A stretch of DNA of 64,000 bases from Thermoplasmata archaeon (GTDB taxonomy: Archaea > Thermoplasmatota > Thermoplasmata > Lutacidiplasmatales > UBA184), in the NCBI GenBank assembly GCA_021821785.1, contig JAKACD010000001.1:125495-189494 (forward strand). The letters run 5' to 3'. The first letter of the stretch is position 1, and every line of letters starts with the position of its first letter. This document shows positions 35,673 to 44,944 of the stretch, in pieces. The notes under the pieces were generated by a model that saw nothing but the letters and a program-made list of their open reading frames with translations, did not search any database and was not told the DNA's origin. Position numbers and translations under genes: made by a program.

Positions 35673-36674
35673 ATGCCGCCCCCTCCGAGGTTCGGGACGT
35701 TCTCGATCGTCGCCTACGAACGGGAGACCGCCACCTGGGGGATCGCGGTGCAGTCGAGGTTCATCAGCGTCGGCGCGGTCGTCCCGTGGGCCGAGGCCGG
35801 CACGGGGGCGATCGCGACCCAGGCCCTCGCGAACACGCACTACGGCCCCGAAGGGCTCGCGCTCCTCCGCAAGGGACTCTCCGCGCCCGAGGTCGTGCGC
35901 CGGCTCACGGGCGCGGACCCCGGGAAGGAGGAACGGCAGCTCGGCGTGGTCGATGCGAAGGGCGGCGCGGCTTCGTTCACGGGAACGAAGTGCATGGACT
36001 GGGCCGGCCACGAGGTGGGGGAGGGGTTCGCCTGCCAGGGGAACATCCTCTTCGGTCCGGCGGTCGTGCGCGCCATGGCCCGGGCGTACGAGTCGACCGG
36101 TGGCGACCTTCTCGACCGGCTCCTCGCCGCGCTCAGCGCGGGCCAGCGGGAGGGCGGCGACCGGCGCGGGATGCAGTCCGCCGCGCTCCTCGCCGTGCGC
36201 GCGGGCGCGGGCTACGGCGGCAATGACCGATGGGTCGATGTCCGGGTCGATGACCACCCCTCGCCCATCGAGGAGCTGAAGCGCGTCTTCCAGCTCTACG
36301 ACATGACGATGCTGAGCCGGGAGGACCCGGCGACGCTCCTCGCGATCGATGGGGAGCTCGCGGCGAACCTCCAGCACGACCTGGGGATCCTCGGCTACTA
36401 CTCCGGTCGCTTCACCGGCGCCTGGGACGCGGCGAGCCAGACCGCGTTCGCCCGGTTCGTCGGGGAGCACAACTTCGAGAACAAGCAGCGGGACGACGGC
36501 AAGGTCTGGCCATCGATCGTGCAGTACCTGCGGGTCCGGGCCCAGGCGGAGAGCGCCCGGCGGACGACGACCGCGCCGATCGTCCCGCACGCGCTGGACC
36601 GGGGCCCCGGGGCCGCGCCGAACGGAGGGGGACCATCGCCGCCCGAACCGAAGAAGCGGCCCCGGTCGAAGTGA
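35673..36674 (+). CDS. DUF1028-family Ntn-hydrolase-like protein with a C-terminal peptidoglycan-binding-like (PG_binding_1) domain
   Basis: Contains FGTFSIVAYERETATWGIAVQSRF (the N-terminal nucleophile context of DUF1028). The C-terminal segment is LGILGYYSGRFTGAWDAASQTAFARFVGEHNFE. Confidence 0.8.
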   Translation: MPPPPRFGTFSIVAYERETATWGIAVQSRFISVGAVVPWAEAGTGAIATQALANTHYGPEGLALLRKGLSAPEVVRRLTGADPGKEERQLGVVDAKGGAASFTGTKCMDWAGHEVGEGFACQGNILFGPAVVRAMARAYESTGGDLLDRLLAALSAGQREGGDRRGMQSAALLAVRAGAGYGGNDRWVDVRVDDHPSPIEELKRVFQLYDMTMLSREDPATLLAIDGELAANLQHDLGILGYYSGRFTGAWDAASQTAFARFVGEHNFENKQRDDGKVWPSIVQYLRVRAQAESARRTTTAPIVPHALDRGPGAAPNGGGPSPPEPKKRPRSK

Positions 36675-36895
36675 CGGTCGCGATCCGGCACGCCTGCGCG
36701 AGCGCCGAATCGGCCGAGCACCTCCGACGCGCCGTCGTGGCCGACAATCCCGCCTACGTCTCCGTGACGGTCGAGGGGACCGAGCTCATCGTTCGGCTCA
36801 CCGCGCGCTCCGCCGCGAGCGCGCGGAGCACGCTCGAGGACCTGATGGCGTGCCTCGCGGCCGCCGAGCGCACCCGGGCGGCGTCGGACGCCTAA
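36671..36895 (+). CDS. pcc1: KEOPS subunit Pcc1-like protein
   Basis: 74 aa. Its GTG start overlaps the previous stop (GTGA). The pattern AEHLRRAVVADNP...VSVTVEGTELIVRLTARSAASARSTLEDLMACL fits Pcc1/CTAG. Confidence 0.6.
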   Translation: MTVAIRHACASAESAEHLRRAVVADNPAYVSVTVEGTELIVRLTARSAASARSTLEDLMACLAAAERTRAASDA

Positions 36896-38706
36896 CGGCC
36901 GAGCCGGGGCGCGAGCGCCGCGACGAGCGGGGGCAGGACCTCTTCGACTCGGCCCACGATCCCGACCGACACGTCGCGGAAGACCGGCGCGGCCGGGTCG
37001 GAGTTCACCGCGAGCACCGCGCCGGCCCGTCGCCAGCCGATCATGTGGTGCGGCGAACCCGAGACGCCGAGAAGCACCGCGAGGCGGGGCGCGAGCTGGT
37101 GGCCCGTCAACCCGACCTGGAGCTGACGGGGAAGCCAACCCGCATCGACCACGCGACGGGTCGCGACGAGCCCCGCCCCCCACGGCCCGATCGCCTGCCG
37201 CACCCGTTCGACCCCGTCGGGCCCGCCGACGCCCATCCCGACCACCACGAGCACCTCCCGCCGCGCGATGGCCGCGAGCCCGTCGGTCTCGCGCCCCTCT
37301 GCCACCGGCTCGACGGCCGACCGGAGGGCGACTGCGGGAAGCGTGCGCCAACCGAACCCTTCGTCGTCGGTGAGTAGCTCCGGGGGGGCGAAGGTGCCCG
37401 GCCGCACCGTCGCAAGCCCCGGCCGCGTCCGCGAATGGATGCGGGCGAGCGTACGGCCCCCGAACGACGGCTTCGACCAGACGAGACCGACGGCCGGGTC
37501 CTCGGCGACCGCCACCGAGTCCCCCACGAGCCCGAGCGACCGATGCGCCGCGACCTGGCCGGCGACCTCCCGACCGAACGGGTCCGACAGAAAGACCGCG
37601 GCGGCGGCCGAGGGCCGGGCGGTGAGCACCGTCTCCACCCCCCGGGCGACGACCCGGGAGTCGGCCCGGGGATCGGCGGTCGGAACGTAGTACCCGGCGA
37701 GGAGTCCGGCGCGCTCGAGGCGGAACGTCGCCGCCTCGCTCGGCGGCGGGCCGACCCAGACGGCGGAGGGCCAGTGGCCCGGGAGCGAACGCCGGATCTC
37801 GGCGACGACCGCGAGCGCTTCCCCCTCGAGGTCGCCTTCTGCATTGCTGACGAGCACGAGGACCTCGCGCCCCTCCTCGAGAGGGGAGGGTCGGGGCCGG
37901 AACCGCGGGGCCGGTGGGGACGGGGCGGCGAGCAGCGGGGCGATCGCCATAGCGGCGGCGCGCACCCGTTCCTCGGCGTTCCCCTCCGAGAAGAGCTGGG
38001 GCGAGCGAAGGGGGGCGACCTCCTCGACCGGACCGACGACCGTCGGCGAGCCGAGCGCGCCCACGAGCCGAGCGTCGAGCGCCAGCTCCGAGCGCGAGAG
38101 GAGCGGGACGGCCGCCGCGGGATCGTACCCCTCCGCGGTGGGCGGGAGCTTGAGCGGCTTCGCGATCTTCTCGCCGACGCTCACGACGAACGGGACCCGG
38201 AGCCGGTAGCGTGCCCAGCCGACCGGGGTGTCGACCGTGATCGCGAACCCCGGACCCGTCGGGTCCCGGACGATCGACCGGGCCTCGCTCAGCACCGGCC
38301 GGTCGAGGAGCGCCGCCACTTCGGCCCCGACCTCCCCGGTCTCGCTGTCCGTCGACCTCGCGCCGGTCAGCACGACCTCGTGACCGACCCGAGCGAGCCC
38401 GGCCGAGAGCGCCCGGGCGGTCGCGAGCGTGTCGGAGCCCGCGAACGCCGGGTCGGAGAGAAGCAGGACCTGGTCGACCCCGAGACGCTTCAGGTCCCCG
38501 AGCGCCGCCCGCGCCCCGGGGGGCCCGAGGGAGAGCACCGAGACCGTTTCTCCGGGGCGGCGGAGCTCGAGCGCGACCCGCACCGCCCGCTGGTCGAACG
38601 GATTGATTAGGAGCTCGGCGCCCTCCCGGACGACCGTGCGACGGACGGGGTCGAACCGGAGCTCTTCGGCGTTCGGAACGGCCTTGGCGAGGACGACAAA
38701 GTCCAA
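36892..38706 (-). CDS. fused electron-transfer flavoprotein (EtfB-like N-half, EtfA-like C-half)
   Basis: 604 aa. The N-terminal part, VVLAKAVPN...INPFDQRAVRVALEL...DTLATARAL, is beta-subunit-like. The C-terminal part, VATRRVVDAGWLPRQLQVGLTGHQLAPRLAVLLGVSGSPHHMIG, is the alpha-subunit FAD region. Confidence 0.8.
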   Translation of the reverse strand: MDFVVLAKAVPNAEELRFDPVRRTVVREGAELLINPFDQRAVRVALELRRPGETVSVLSLGPPGARAALGDLKRLGVDQVLLLSDPAFAGSDTLATARALSAGLARVGHEVVLTGARSTDSETGEVGAEVAALLDRPVLSEARSIVRDPTGPGFAITVDTPVGWARYRLRVPFVVSVGEKIAKPLKLPPTAEGYDPAAAVPLLSRSELALDARLVGALGSPTVVGPVEEVAPLRSPQLFSEGNAEERVRAAAMAIAPLLAAPSPPAPRFRPRPSPLEEGREVLVLVSNAEGDLEGEALAVVAEIRRSLPGHWPSAVWVGPPPSEAATFRLERAGLLAGYYVPTADPRADSRVVARGVETVLTARPSAAAAVFLSDPFGREVAGQVAAHRSLGLVGDSVAVAEDPAVGLVWSKPSFGGRTLARIHSRTRPGLATVRPGTFAPPELLTDDEGFGWRTLPAVALRSAVEPVAEGRETDGLAAIARREVLVVVGMGVGGPDGVERVRQAIGPWGAGLVATRRVVDAGWLPRQLQVGLTGHQLAPRLAVLLGVSGSPHHMIGWRRAGAVLAVNSDPAAPVFRDVSVGIVGRVEEVLPPLVAALAPRLGR

Positions 38707-38771
38707 GGGAGACGCCTTCGGGCCCGCCGAGCCGCGCGGGCGGATAAGTAGGGCCTCTCGCTGGGCCCCCT

Positions 38772-39671
38772 ATGGCGGAGGGCGGGCGCGGCGCACCGGT
38801 CCGCCCGTCGGGTCCGCTCGGCCGCTACGTCCTCGCGGTCGCGATCACCGTCGGGGCGATCCTCAGCCAGTACTTCGTCCCCGAGCTGCTCCCGGCGTCC
38901 GGGGCGATCTACGGAAACCTGCCGGGCGACCTGTTCATCGTGTACGGGATCCCGACGATCGCCTTCCTCGGGTTGGTCGGCCCCGCTCCGATCGCACACT
39001 GGGCGACGCGCATGCGGGTCGCGGTGGTCGAGGGGCTCCGCTGGTACGGGGGGCTCTCCCTTCTCGGGCTCCTCGTCGTGATCGGGCTCGCGGTGCTCTA
39101 TCTCCTGATCGACCCCTCGGCGCTGGGTCTCGTGAACCGCCCGAACCCCGCGCTCCAGCAGGCCTCGGCCAATCCCTGGTTCTTCGTCGGCTTCTCGTTC
39201 GTGATCGGGGCGTTCGAGGAGACGATCTTCCGCGGCTGGATCTTCGGCTACTGGCGGAACCGCGCCGCCTCCTGGGTCGCTCCCGCGGTCGCGACGAGCG
39301 TGCTGTTCGCGTTCGTCCATCTCTACTACGCCGCGACGTACCTCGCCGCCGCGCCGCTGTTCTTTCCGCAGCTGTTCCTGCTGGGGTTCGCCTTCGCGGC
39401 CACGTACCACTACTCCGGGGGCAACCTCGTCGTGGTCGCGGTCCTTCACGGCGTACAGGATGCGACGGCGTTCCTCACGATCGTCCCGGGCCCGGCCGCG
39501 GCCCTGGGCGTTCCCCTGCACTACCTCGTGATCCTGGTCGGAGGCGTCGTGGCGCTCTACGTCTACGCGCAGCGAGACGACTCCCACCGGGGCGGCCCGC
39601 TACGACCGATCGCGGGATTCGGGCCGCCCCGGGACTCCTTCTCCCCGTTCCCCGACGCACGGAACGACTGA
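38772..39671 (+). CDS. CPBP-family intramembrane glutamic endopeptidase (CAAX protease-like)
   Basis: Multi-TM protein. Contains the motifs FEETIFRGW, FAFVHLYY and AVLHGVQD. Confidence 0.8.
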   Translation: MAEGGRGAPVRPSGPLGRYVLAVAITVGAILSQYFVPELLPASGAIYGNLPGDLFIVYGIPTIAFLGLVGPAPIAHWATRMRVAVVEGLRWYGGLSLLGLLVVIGLAVLYLLIDPSALGLVNRPNPALQQASANPWFFVGFSFVIGAFEETIFRGWIFGYWRNRAASWVAPAVATSVLFAFVHLYYAATYLAAAPLFFPQLFLLGFAFAATYHYSGGNLVVVAVLHGVQDATAFLTIVPGPAAALGVPLHYLVILVGGVVALYVYAQRDDSHRGGPLRPIAGFGPPRDSFSPFPDARND

Positions 39672-39771
39672 GGGCGGCCCCGCGCGCGTCGGGGGCTTCG
39701 GAGACGGCCCCCGTCGTATCCCTCGGCGCCCCCGTCAGCATCATGTAAGCCGCCCGCGTCGCCCCCCTCCC

Positions 39772-40197
39772 ATGAACGCCATCGACGCCGAGCTACGGGA
39801 GGTGCTCACCCGCGCCCGCACGATCGCGGTCGTCGGACTCTCCGACAAGCCCGAGCGGGACTCGAACGAGGTCGCTCGGTACCTGAAGAGCCAGGGGTAC
39901 CGGATCGTACCGGTGAACCCGATGCTCTCGGAGGTGCTGGGGGAGCGCGCGTATCCGTCGCTCTCCGCGATCCCCCACGACGTGCCGATCGACATCGTCG
40001 ACATCTTCCGGCGGAGCGACCAGGTCCCCCCGGTGGTCGACGAAGCGCTGGCGCGCCACGTGAAGGTCATCTGGATGCAGCTCGGGGTGGAGCATGCCGC
40101 GGCGGCCGCGAAGGCCCGGTCGGCCGGCGCCACGGTCTACGAGAACCTGTGCATCATGGTCCAGCACCGGCGGCTCCGCCTGCCGCCCGTCGCGTGA
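39772..40197 (+). CDS. CoA-binding domain protein
   Basis: 141 aa. Contains ARTIAVVGLSDKPERDSNEVARYLKSQGYRIVPVNP. Confidence 0.85.
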   Translation: MNAIDAELREVLTRARTIAVVGLSDKPERDSNEVARYLKSQGYRIVPVNPMLSEVLGERAYPSLSAIPHDVPIDIVDIFRRSDQVPPVVDEALARHVKVIWMQLGVEHAAAAAKARSAGATVYENLCIMVQHRRLRLPPVA

Positions 40198-40214
40198 GCG
40201 GAGGTTCGGTTCGC

Positions 40215-41036
40215 ATGGCCGCCGCTTTGAACCCCGTGCCTTCCCCGCCGACCTCCCCGGTCGCAACGCGGCCCGCGCCCTCCGCTCCGACCGCGTCCTC
40301 CGCGCCCCGGGAAGCCCTGGTCCGGGATCGGGGGAGCGTCTTCCGCGAGACGGTGCGCGCGGACCGGTGGATCGCCTCCGGCTCGGTGAAGGTCCTCAAG
40401 GACATCGACGTCGGCACCGGTCAGGTCCAGGGGACGACCACGCTGGGCGGACGGCTCGTCGCCGACGAGTTCCGTGCCCGCGGCACCATCGAGATCGAAG
40501 GGGAGGTCGAGGTGCGCGGCGCCCTGACCACGTCCGGGGTCGCCCACTTCGGGGCGGCCGTGCGGGCGGTCGACCTCACGATTGGTGGTTCGGCCCGCTT
40601 CGCGGCTCGCCCCCTGGTCGGCCGCGCGTTGACGGTCCGGGGGGCGCTCGTGGCGCCGGCCGTGACCGCCGGGCTCTTCCGGGTGGATGGTTCCGTGGAC
40701 ATCCCGGGCGAGGCCGTCGCGCAGCAGGTCGATGCGACCCTCCGCCGCACGTCCCGGCTCGGCCTTGTCCGCGCGCCCGAGGTGCGGATCCACGGCCGGC
40801 GGCCGACGATCGTCGACAAGGCGTTCTTCCACACGCTATGGACCCGCGTCGACCGGATCGAGGCGGACCGGGTGGATCTTTCGGAGGTGACGGTCTCCTT
40901 CGTGCGCGCCGGTGAAATCGTGCTCGGCCGGGGCGCCCATCTCGCGGAGTACGAAGGGACCATCGTCCGCCGGCATCCGACGAGCTCGGTCGGCTTCGAG
41001 TCGAAAACGCCCCCACCGTACGGCCTGCGACGCTAG
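40215..41036 (+). CDS. bactofilin-like (DUF583) polymer-forming protein
   Basis: The start was trimmed to the ATG at 40215. After a Pro/Ser-rich N-terminus there are repetitive beta-helix-like segments (VKVLKDIDVGTGQVQG..., IEIEGEVEVRGAL..., LTIGGSARFAA...). Confidence 0.55.
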   Translation: MAAALNPVPSPPTSPVATRPAPSAPTASSAPREALVRDRGSVFRETVRADRWIASGSVKVLKDIDVGTGQVQGTTTLGGRLVADEFRARGTIEIEGEVEVRGALTTSGVAHFGAAVRAVDLTIGGSARFAARPLVGRALTVRGALVAPAVTAGLFRVDGSVDIPGEAVAQQVDATLRRTSRLGLVRAPEVRIHGRRPTIVDKAFFHTLWTRVDRIEADRVDLSEVTVSFVRAGEIVLGRGAHLAEYEGTIVRRHPTSSVGFESKTPPPYGLRR

Positions 41037-41088
41037 GCCGCCGGCCGACCGGGCGTTCTTATCTCCCTCCTCTACGTCGCACGCGGCC

Positions 41089-44055
41089 ATGACCGACGGA
41101 GAGGAGGGGGCGGGCGCTCCGACGTCGGTCGCGATCCAAGAGCGCGTCCTGGCCTACTGGGAGCGGACGGGCGTGCCGGGGCTCGTCGTCGCCGGTCCGC
41201 CCGAGGGTCCGATCTTCCGGTTCACCGAGGGCCCCCCGACCGCGAACGGGGCCCCGCACATCGGTCACCTCATCTCGCGGATCCTGAAGGACGTCGTCCT
41301 CCGCTACCACCGCCAGCGCGGCGAGCGGATCGTGAGCTCCATGGCCGGCTGGGACTGCCACGGCCTTCCCGTCGAGCTCGAGATGGAGAAGCGGCTCGGC
41401 CTCAAGTCGAAGAAAGAGATCGAGGCCTACGGCGTCGAGCCGTTCTGCGAGGCCTGTCGGAGCTCGGTCCTCGAGGTCGCGTCCGTCTGGCGGGAGATGA
41501 GCCGCCGGCTCGGCTACTGGCTCGACTACGACCGCGCGTACCGCACGATGGACCCCGCCTTCATCGAGAGCGTCTGGTGGTCGCTCAAGACGCTCTTCGA
41601 CCGCGGGCTCCTCGAGAAGGGGCACTACGTCCTCCCGTACTGCCCGCGGTGCGAGACCCCGCTCTCCTCGCACGAGGTCGCCCAGGGCTACCACGAGACG
41701 ACCGACCCGTCCGTCGCGGTCCGGTTCCCGCTCGAGGGCGGAGAGGGGGCGGAGCGCGACCTCCTGGTCTGGACGACAACCCCCTGGACGTTGCCCTCGA
41801 ACCTGTTGGTCGCGGCCCGCGCGGATCTCGAGTACTCGGTCGTGCGCCCGCCCGAGGGCCGGGAGCTCATCCTCGCCTCGGTCGCGGTCCCCCGGTTCTT
41901 CCCCGCCGGGACGGAGGTCGTCGCCCGGCTCACCGGCCGCGAGCTGGCCGGACGGACCTACCTTCCACCGTTCGAGACGCCCGGACCGGGGCCGGGCCGC
42001 TACCGGATCGTGCTCGATGATTTCGTGACCGCGGAGGACGGGACGGGGTTCGTGCATATCGCCCCGAGCTTCGGGCCGGACGACCAGCGGATCGGATCGC
42101 GGGAGAAGGTCGGGGTCTTCGATCCGCTCGACAGTCGGGGAAAGTTCACCGACCTCGTGCCCGAGGTCCGGGGGATTTCGTTCAAGGCCGCCGACGCGAT
42201 CCTGACCCGGGACCTCGAGGCGCGGGGCCGGCTCGTCCGCGCCGGCTCGGTCCGCCATACCTACCCGTTCTGCTGGCGGTGCGACACGCCGCTCATCTAC
42301 CGGGCGATCGATTCCTGGTTCGTCCGGACGAGCCGGGCGACCGAGCGGCTCGTTCGGTACAACGCCGGGGTCCACTGGGTCCCGGAGCATCTGCGGGAAG
42401 GCCGGTTCGGGAACTTCCTGACCGAGGCGAAGGACTGGGCGCTCTCGCGCAACCGCTACTGGGGGACCCCGCTGCCGATCTGGCTGTGCCCGTCGGGCCA
42501 CGCCACGTGCATCGGGAGCTTCGCCGAGCTCGCGGAGCGGCACGGCGCACCGCTGCCGACGCCGTTCGACCCGCACCGTGTGACGGTCGACCGGCTGACC
42601 CTGCGCTGCGCCACGTGCGGAAGGGAGGCCCGACGCGAGCCCTACACGATCGACGGCTGGTACGACAGCGGCTCGGCCCCGTTCGCCCAGTTCCACTACC
42701 CGTTCGAGCCGGGGCCGTTCGACCCGGCGGCGCCGCTCGACTTCATCGCCGAAGGGCTCGACCAGACGCGGGGGTGGTTCTACGCGCTCCTCGTGATCGC
42801 GACCCTGGTCTTCGACCGCCCGGCGTACCGCACCTGCCTCACGAACGGCATGGTGCTCGACGAGAGCGGCCGCAAGATGTCGAAGTCGAAAGGGAACGCG
42901 ATCGAACCGCTCAGCCTGCTCGCGCGGTTCGGCGCGGACCCGGTCCGCTGGACGTTCCTTTCGATCGACTTCACCGAGCCGATGCGCATCGGCGAAACCA
43001 CCGTCCAGAAGACGGCGGCCCGCACGCTCGGCACGCTCGCGAACGTCGTGGCGTTCTACCTCGAGAACGCCCGGGCCGACCGGCTCGCCCCGGTCTCCGA
43101 GCGGCCCGCGCCCGAGCGGCGCTTGGATCGCTGGCTCCTCTCCCGCCTCGAAGGTACCCGGGCCGAGGTCGAACGGGCGCTCGACGCGACCGAACTCGGT
43201 CGGGCGGCGGTCGCGCTCCGCGCGTTCGTCGACGACCTCTCCACCTGGTACCTCCGTCGCTCGCGTCCCCGCTTCTGGGCCGACGGGAACTCCGCCGATC
43301 GGCGGGCCGCCCATGCCACGCTCTCCTACACGCTCCTCGGACTTGCCCGGACGATGGCGCCGCTCCTCCCGTTTACCGCCGAGTGGATCCACCAGGAGGT
43401 CGGGGCCCACGACTTCGGGGACGCCGATCGGTCGGTCCACCGGACCCGGTGGCCGGGGCCGCTCGCGGAGCACGACCCCGAGCTCGAGCGGGCGATGGAG
43501 GAGTTGAGGGACGTCGTCGAGATCGGTCGGGAGCTCCGCCACCGCGCCGCGGTGAAGGCCCGCCTTCCCCTCGAGGAACTCGTGCTCTTCGGGGAAGCGA
43601 GCGAGGGCCTCCGCCTTCTCGGGGAGGAGGGGACCGCGCTCCTCACCGAGGAGCTCAACGTGAAACGGCTGCGCCGGGCGACCCCGGACGAGCGGCGCGG
43701 CCTCGATGAGGCGAACTGGGTCGTCCGGGAGTCGGACGGCCGACCGGTCGCGGCGCTCCCGCGGCGCCCCACCCCCGAGCTCCTCGAGGAAGGATGGGTC
43801 CGCGAGGTCGCGCGCCGGCTCCAGCAGACGCGCAAGGAGCTCGGCCTCCGTTACACGGACCCCGTGGCGGTCACGGTGGCGGCCCCGGCCTCCCTCCGAG
43901 CGGCGCTCGAGCGCCAGCGGGCCACGCTCGCCCACGATCTCCTGGCGGAGACGTTCGAGCTCGTGGAGGGACCGCTCCCGACGGGGACGGACGTTCGGAC
44001 CTGGGAGCTCGACGGCGTCAGCTTCTCGGCGCGGGTGGTCCCGCCGGCGCGCTGA
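41089..44055 (+). CDS. ileS: isoleucine--tRNA ligase
   Basis: The start was trimmed to the ATG at 41089. HIGH motif PTANGAPHIGH, KMSKS motif GRKMSKSKGN, and DWALSRNRYWGTPLPIW. An editing domain is present. Confidence 0.95.
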   Translation: MTDGEEGAGAPTSVAIQERVLAYWERTGVPGLVVAGPPEGPIFRFTEGPPTANGAPHIGHLISRILKDVVLRYHRQRGERIVSSMAGWDCHGLPVELEMEKRLGLKSKKEIEAYGVEPFCEACRSSVLEVASVWREMSRRLGYWLDYDRAYRTMDPAFIESVWWSLKTLFDRGLLEKGHYVLPYCPRCETPLSSHEVAQGYHETTDPSVAVRFPLEGGEGAERDLLVWTTTPWTLPSNLLVAARADLEYSVVRPPEGRELILASVAVPRFFPAGTEVVARLTGRELAGRTYLPPFETPGPGPGRYRIVLDDFVTAEDGTGFVHIAPSFGPDDQRIGSREKVGVFDPLDSRGKFTDLVPEVRGISFKAADAILTRDLEARGRLVRAGSVRHTYPFCWRCDTPLIYRAIDSWFVRTSRATERLVRYNAGVHWVPEHLREGRFGNFLTEAKDWALSRNRYWGTPLPIWLCPSGHATCIGSFAELAERHGAPLPTPFDPHRVTVDRLTLRCATCGREARREPYTIDGWYDSGSAPFAQFHYPFEPGPFDPAAPLDFIAEGLDQTRGWFYALLVIATLVFDRPAYRTCLTNGMVLDESGRKMSKSKGNAIEPLSLLARFGADPVRWTFLSIDFTEPMRIGETTVQKTAARTLGTLANVVAFYLENARADRLAPVSERPAPERRLDRWLLSRLEGTRAEVERALDATELGRAAVALRAFVDDLSTWYLRRSRPRFWADGNSADRRAAHATLSYTLLGLARTMAPLLPFTAEWIHQEVGAHDFGDADRSVHRTRWPGPLAEHDPELERAMEELRDVVEIGRELRHRAAVKARLPLEELVLFGEASEGLRLLGEEGTALLTEELNVKRLRRATPDERRGLDEANWVVRESDGRPVAALPRRPTPELLEEGWVREVARRLQQTRKELGLRYTDPVAVTVAAPASLRAALERQRATLAHDLLAETFELVEGPLPTGTDVRTWELDGVSFSARVVPPAR

Positions 44056-44674
44056 GCGGCGCGGGGCCGGCACCGGGGACCTCGCCGGGGGCGACCTCGC
44101 GTACGACCTCGGCCTCGAACCGCCGAACGGTCACGCGGGGGTCGCGCCAGGCGGTCTCGGGAAGGCCGGCCTTGGTGCACGTCCCCTCGAGGAACTCCTC
44201 GGCCGACCAGCCTTCCTCGGCGGCGACCTGGGGCAATAGGAGCCCGCTCGTCCCCCATCCTTCGACGATCAGGCCGTCCCGCCCGACCTGGACGGCGGCG
44301 AGGAGCTCCTCGGGTCGGCGCGCCCGGATCGGCACCGGGACGGTCAGGACGGAGACCTCGATCGCGAGCCGCGAGAGCTCCTCGGGTCGTACGGGCGGGA
44401 AGCGAGGGTCCTCGACCGCGGCGGCGACCGCGGCGCGGGGAAGCGCGCGGCGTAGGGCCAGGACGGGCAGAGGGTAGCCGATGCACCCCCGCAGCGCGTG
44501 GGAGGGATATCGGGTCAGCGTGACGAAGACGCCCCGCCGCTCGTCAAAGACCCGCGGGAGCTCCTCCCGTTCGAACGGGCGGGCCGGGTCGGTCGCGGCG
44601 TCGGGGCCGAGGGCCCGCTCGATCGCCCGCCGCGGCAGGGTGAGGGCCCACTGTCGCTCCTCGGAAGAGAGCAC
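44018..44674 (-). CDS. AMMECR1 domain protein
   Basis: 218 aa. Contains GVFVTLTRY...[10 protein letters not shown]. Its 3' end overlaps the ileS 3' end by 38 nt (convergent). Confidence 0.9.
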   Translation of the reverse strand: MLSSEERQWALTLPRRAIERALGPDAATDPARPFEREELPRVFDERRGVFVTLTRYPSHALRGCIGYPLPVLALRRALPRAAVAAAVEDPRFPPVRPEELSRLAIEVSVLTVPVPIRARRPEELLAAVQVGRDGLIVEGWGTSGLLLPQVAAEEGWSAEEFLEGTCTKAGLPETAWRDPRVTVRRFEAEVVREVAPGEVPGAGPAPLSAPAGPPAPRS

Positions 44675-44728
44675 GGAACGTACATCGGGCGGGAAGGGAA
44701 AGCCCCTTCGGCGTTCCCCCGGCGCACC

Positions 44729-44736
44729 TTTTATAC
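44729..44736 (+). promoter_or_regulatory. TATA box for rpl40e (leaderless)
   Basis: TTTTATAC lies 25-32 nt upstream of the ATG at 44761. Confidence 0.5.
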
Positions 44737-44760
44737 ACGGGCGGCGGTCCCGCCGTCCCC

Positions 44761-44913
44761 ATGCCGTTCCCGGAAGCGGTCGAGCGACTGCTCAACAAGA
44801 AGATCTGCATGAACTGCTCGGCCCGGAATCCGCCGAAGGCGGTCCAGTGCCGGCGGTGCGGCTACAAGGGCCTTCGCGTCAAGTCACGCGAGCGCTCGGG
44901 CAAGACCCAGTAA
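44761..44913 (+). CDS. rpl40e: 50S ribosomal protein L40e (50 aa; absent from the ORF track)
   Basis: My translation is [50 protein letters not shown]. It has the CxxC...CxxC zinc ribbon and the MPF..A N-terminus typical of archaeal L40e. Confidence 0.9.
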   Translation: MPFPEAVERLLNKKICMNCSARNPPKAVQCRRCGYKGLRVKSRERSGKTQ

Positions 44914-44944
44914 GGGGTCTCGCTGGGGATCCGGCGCGGGCGCA

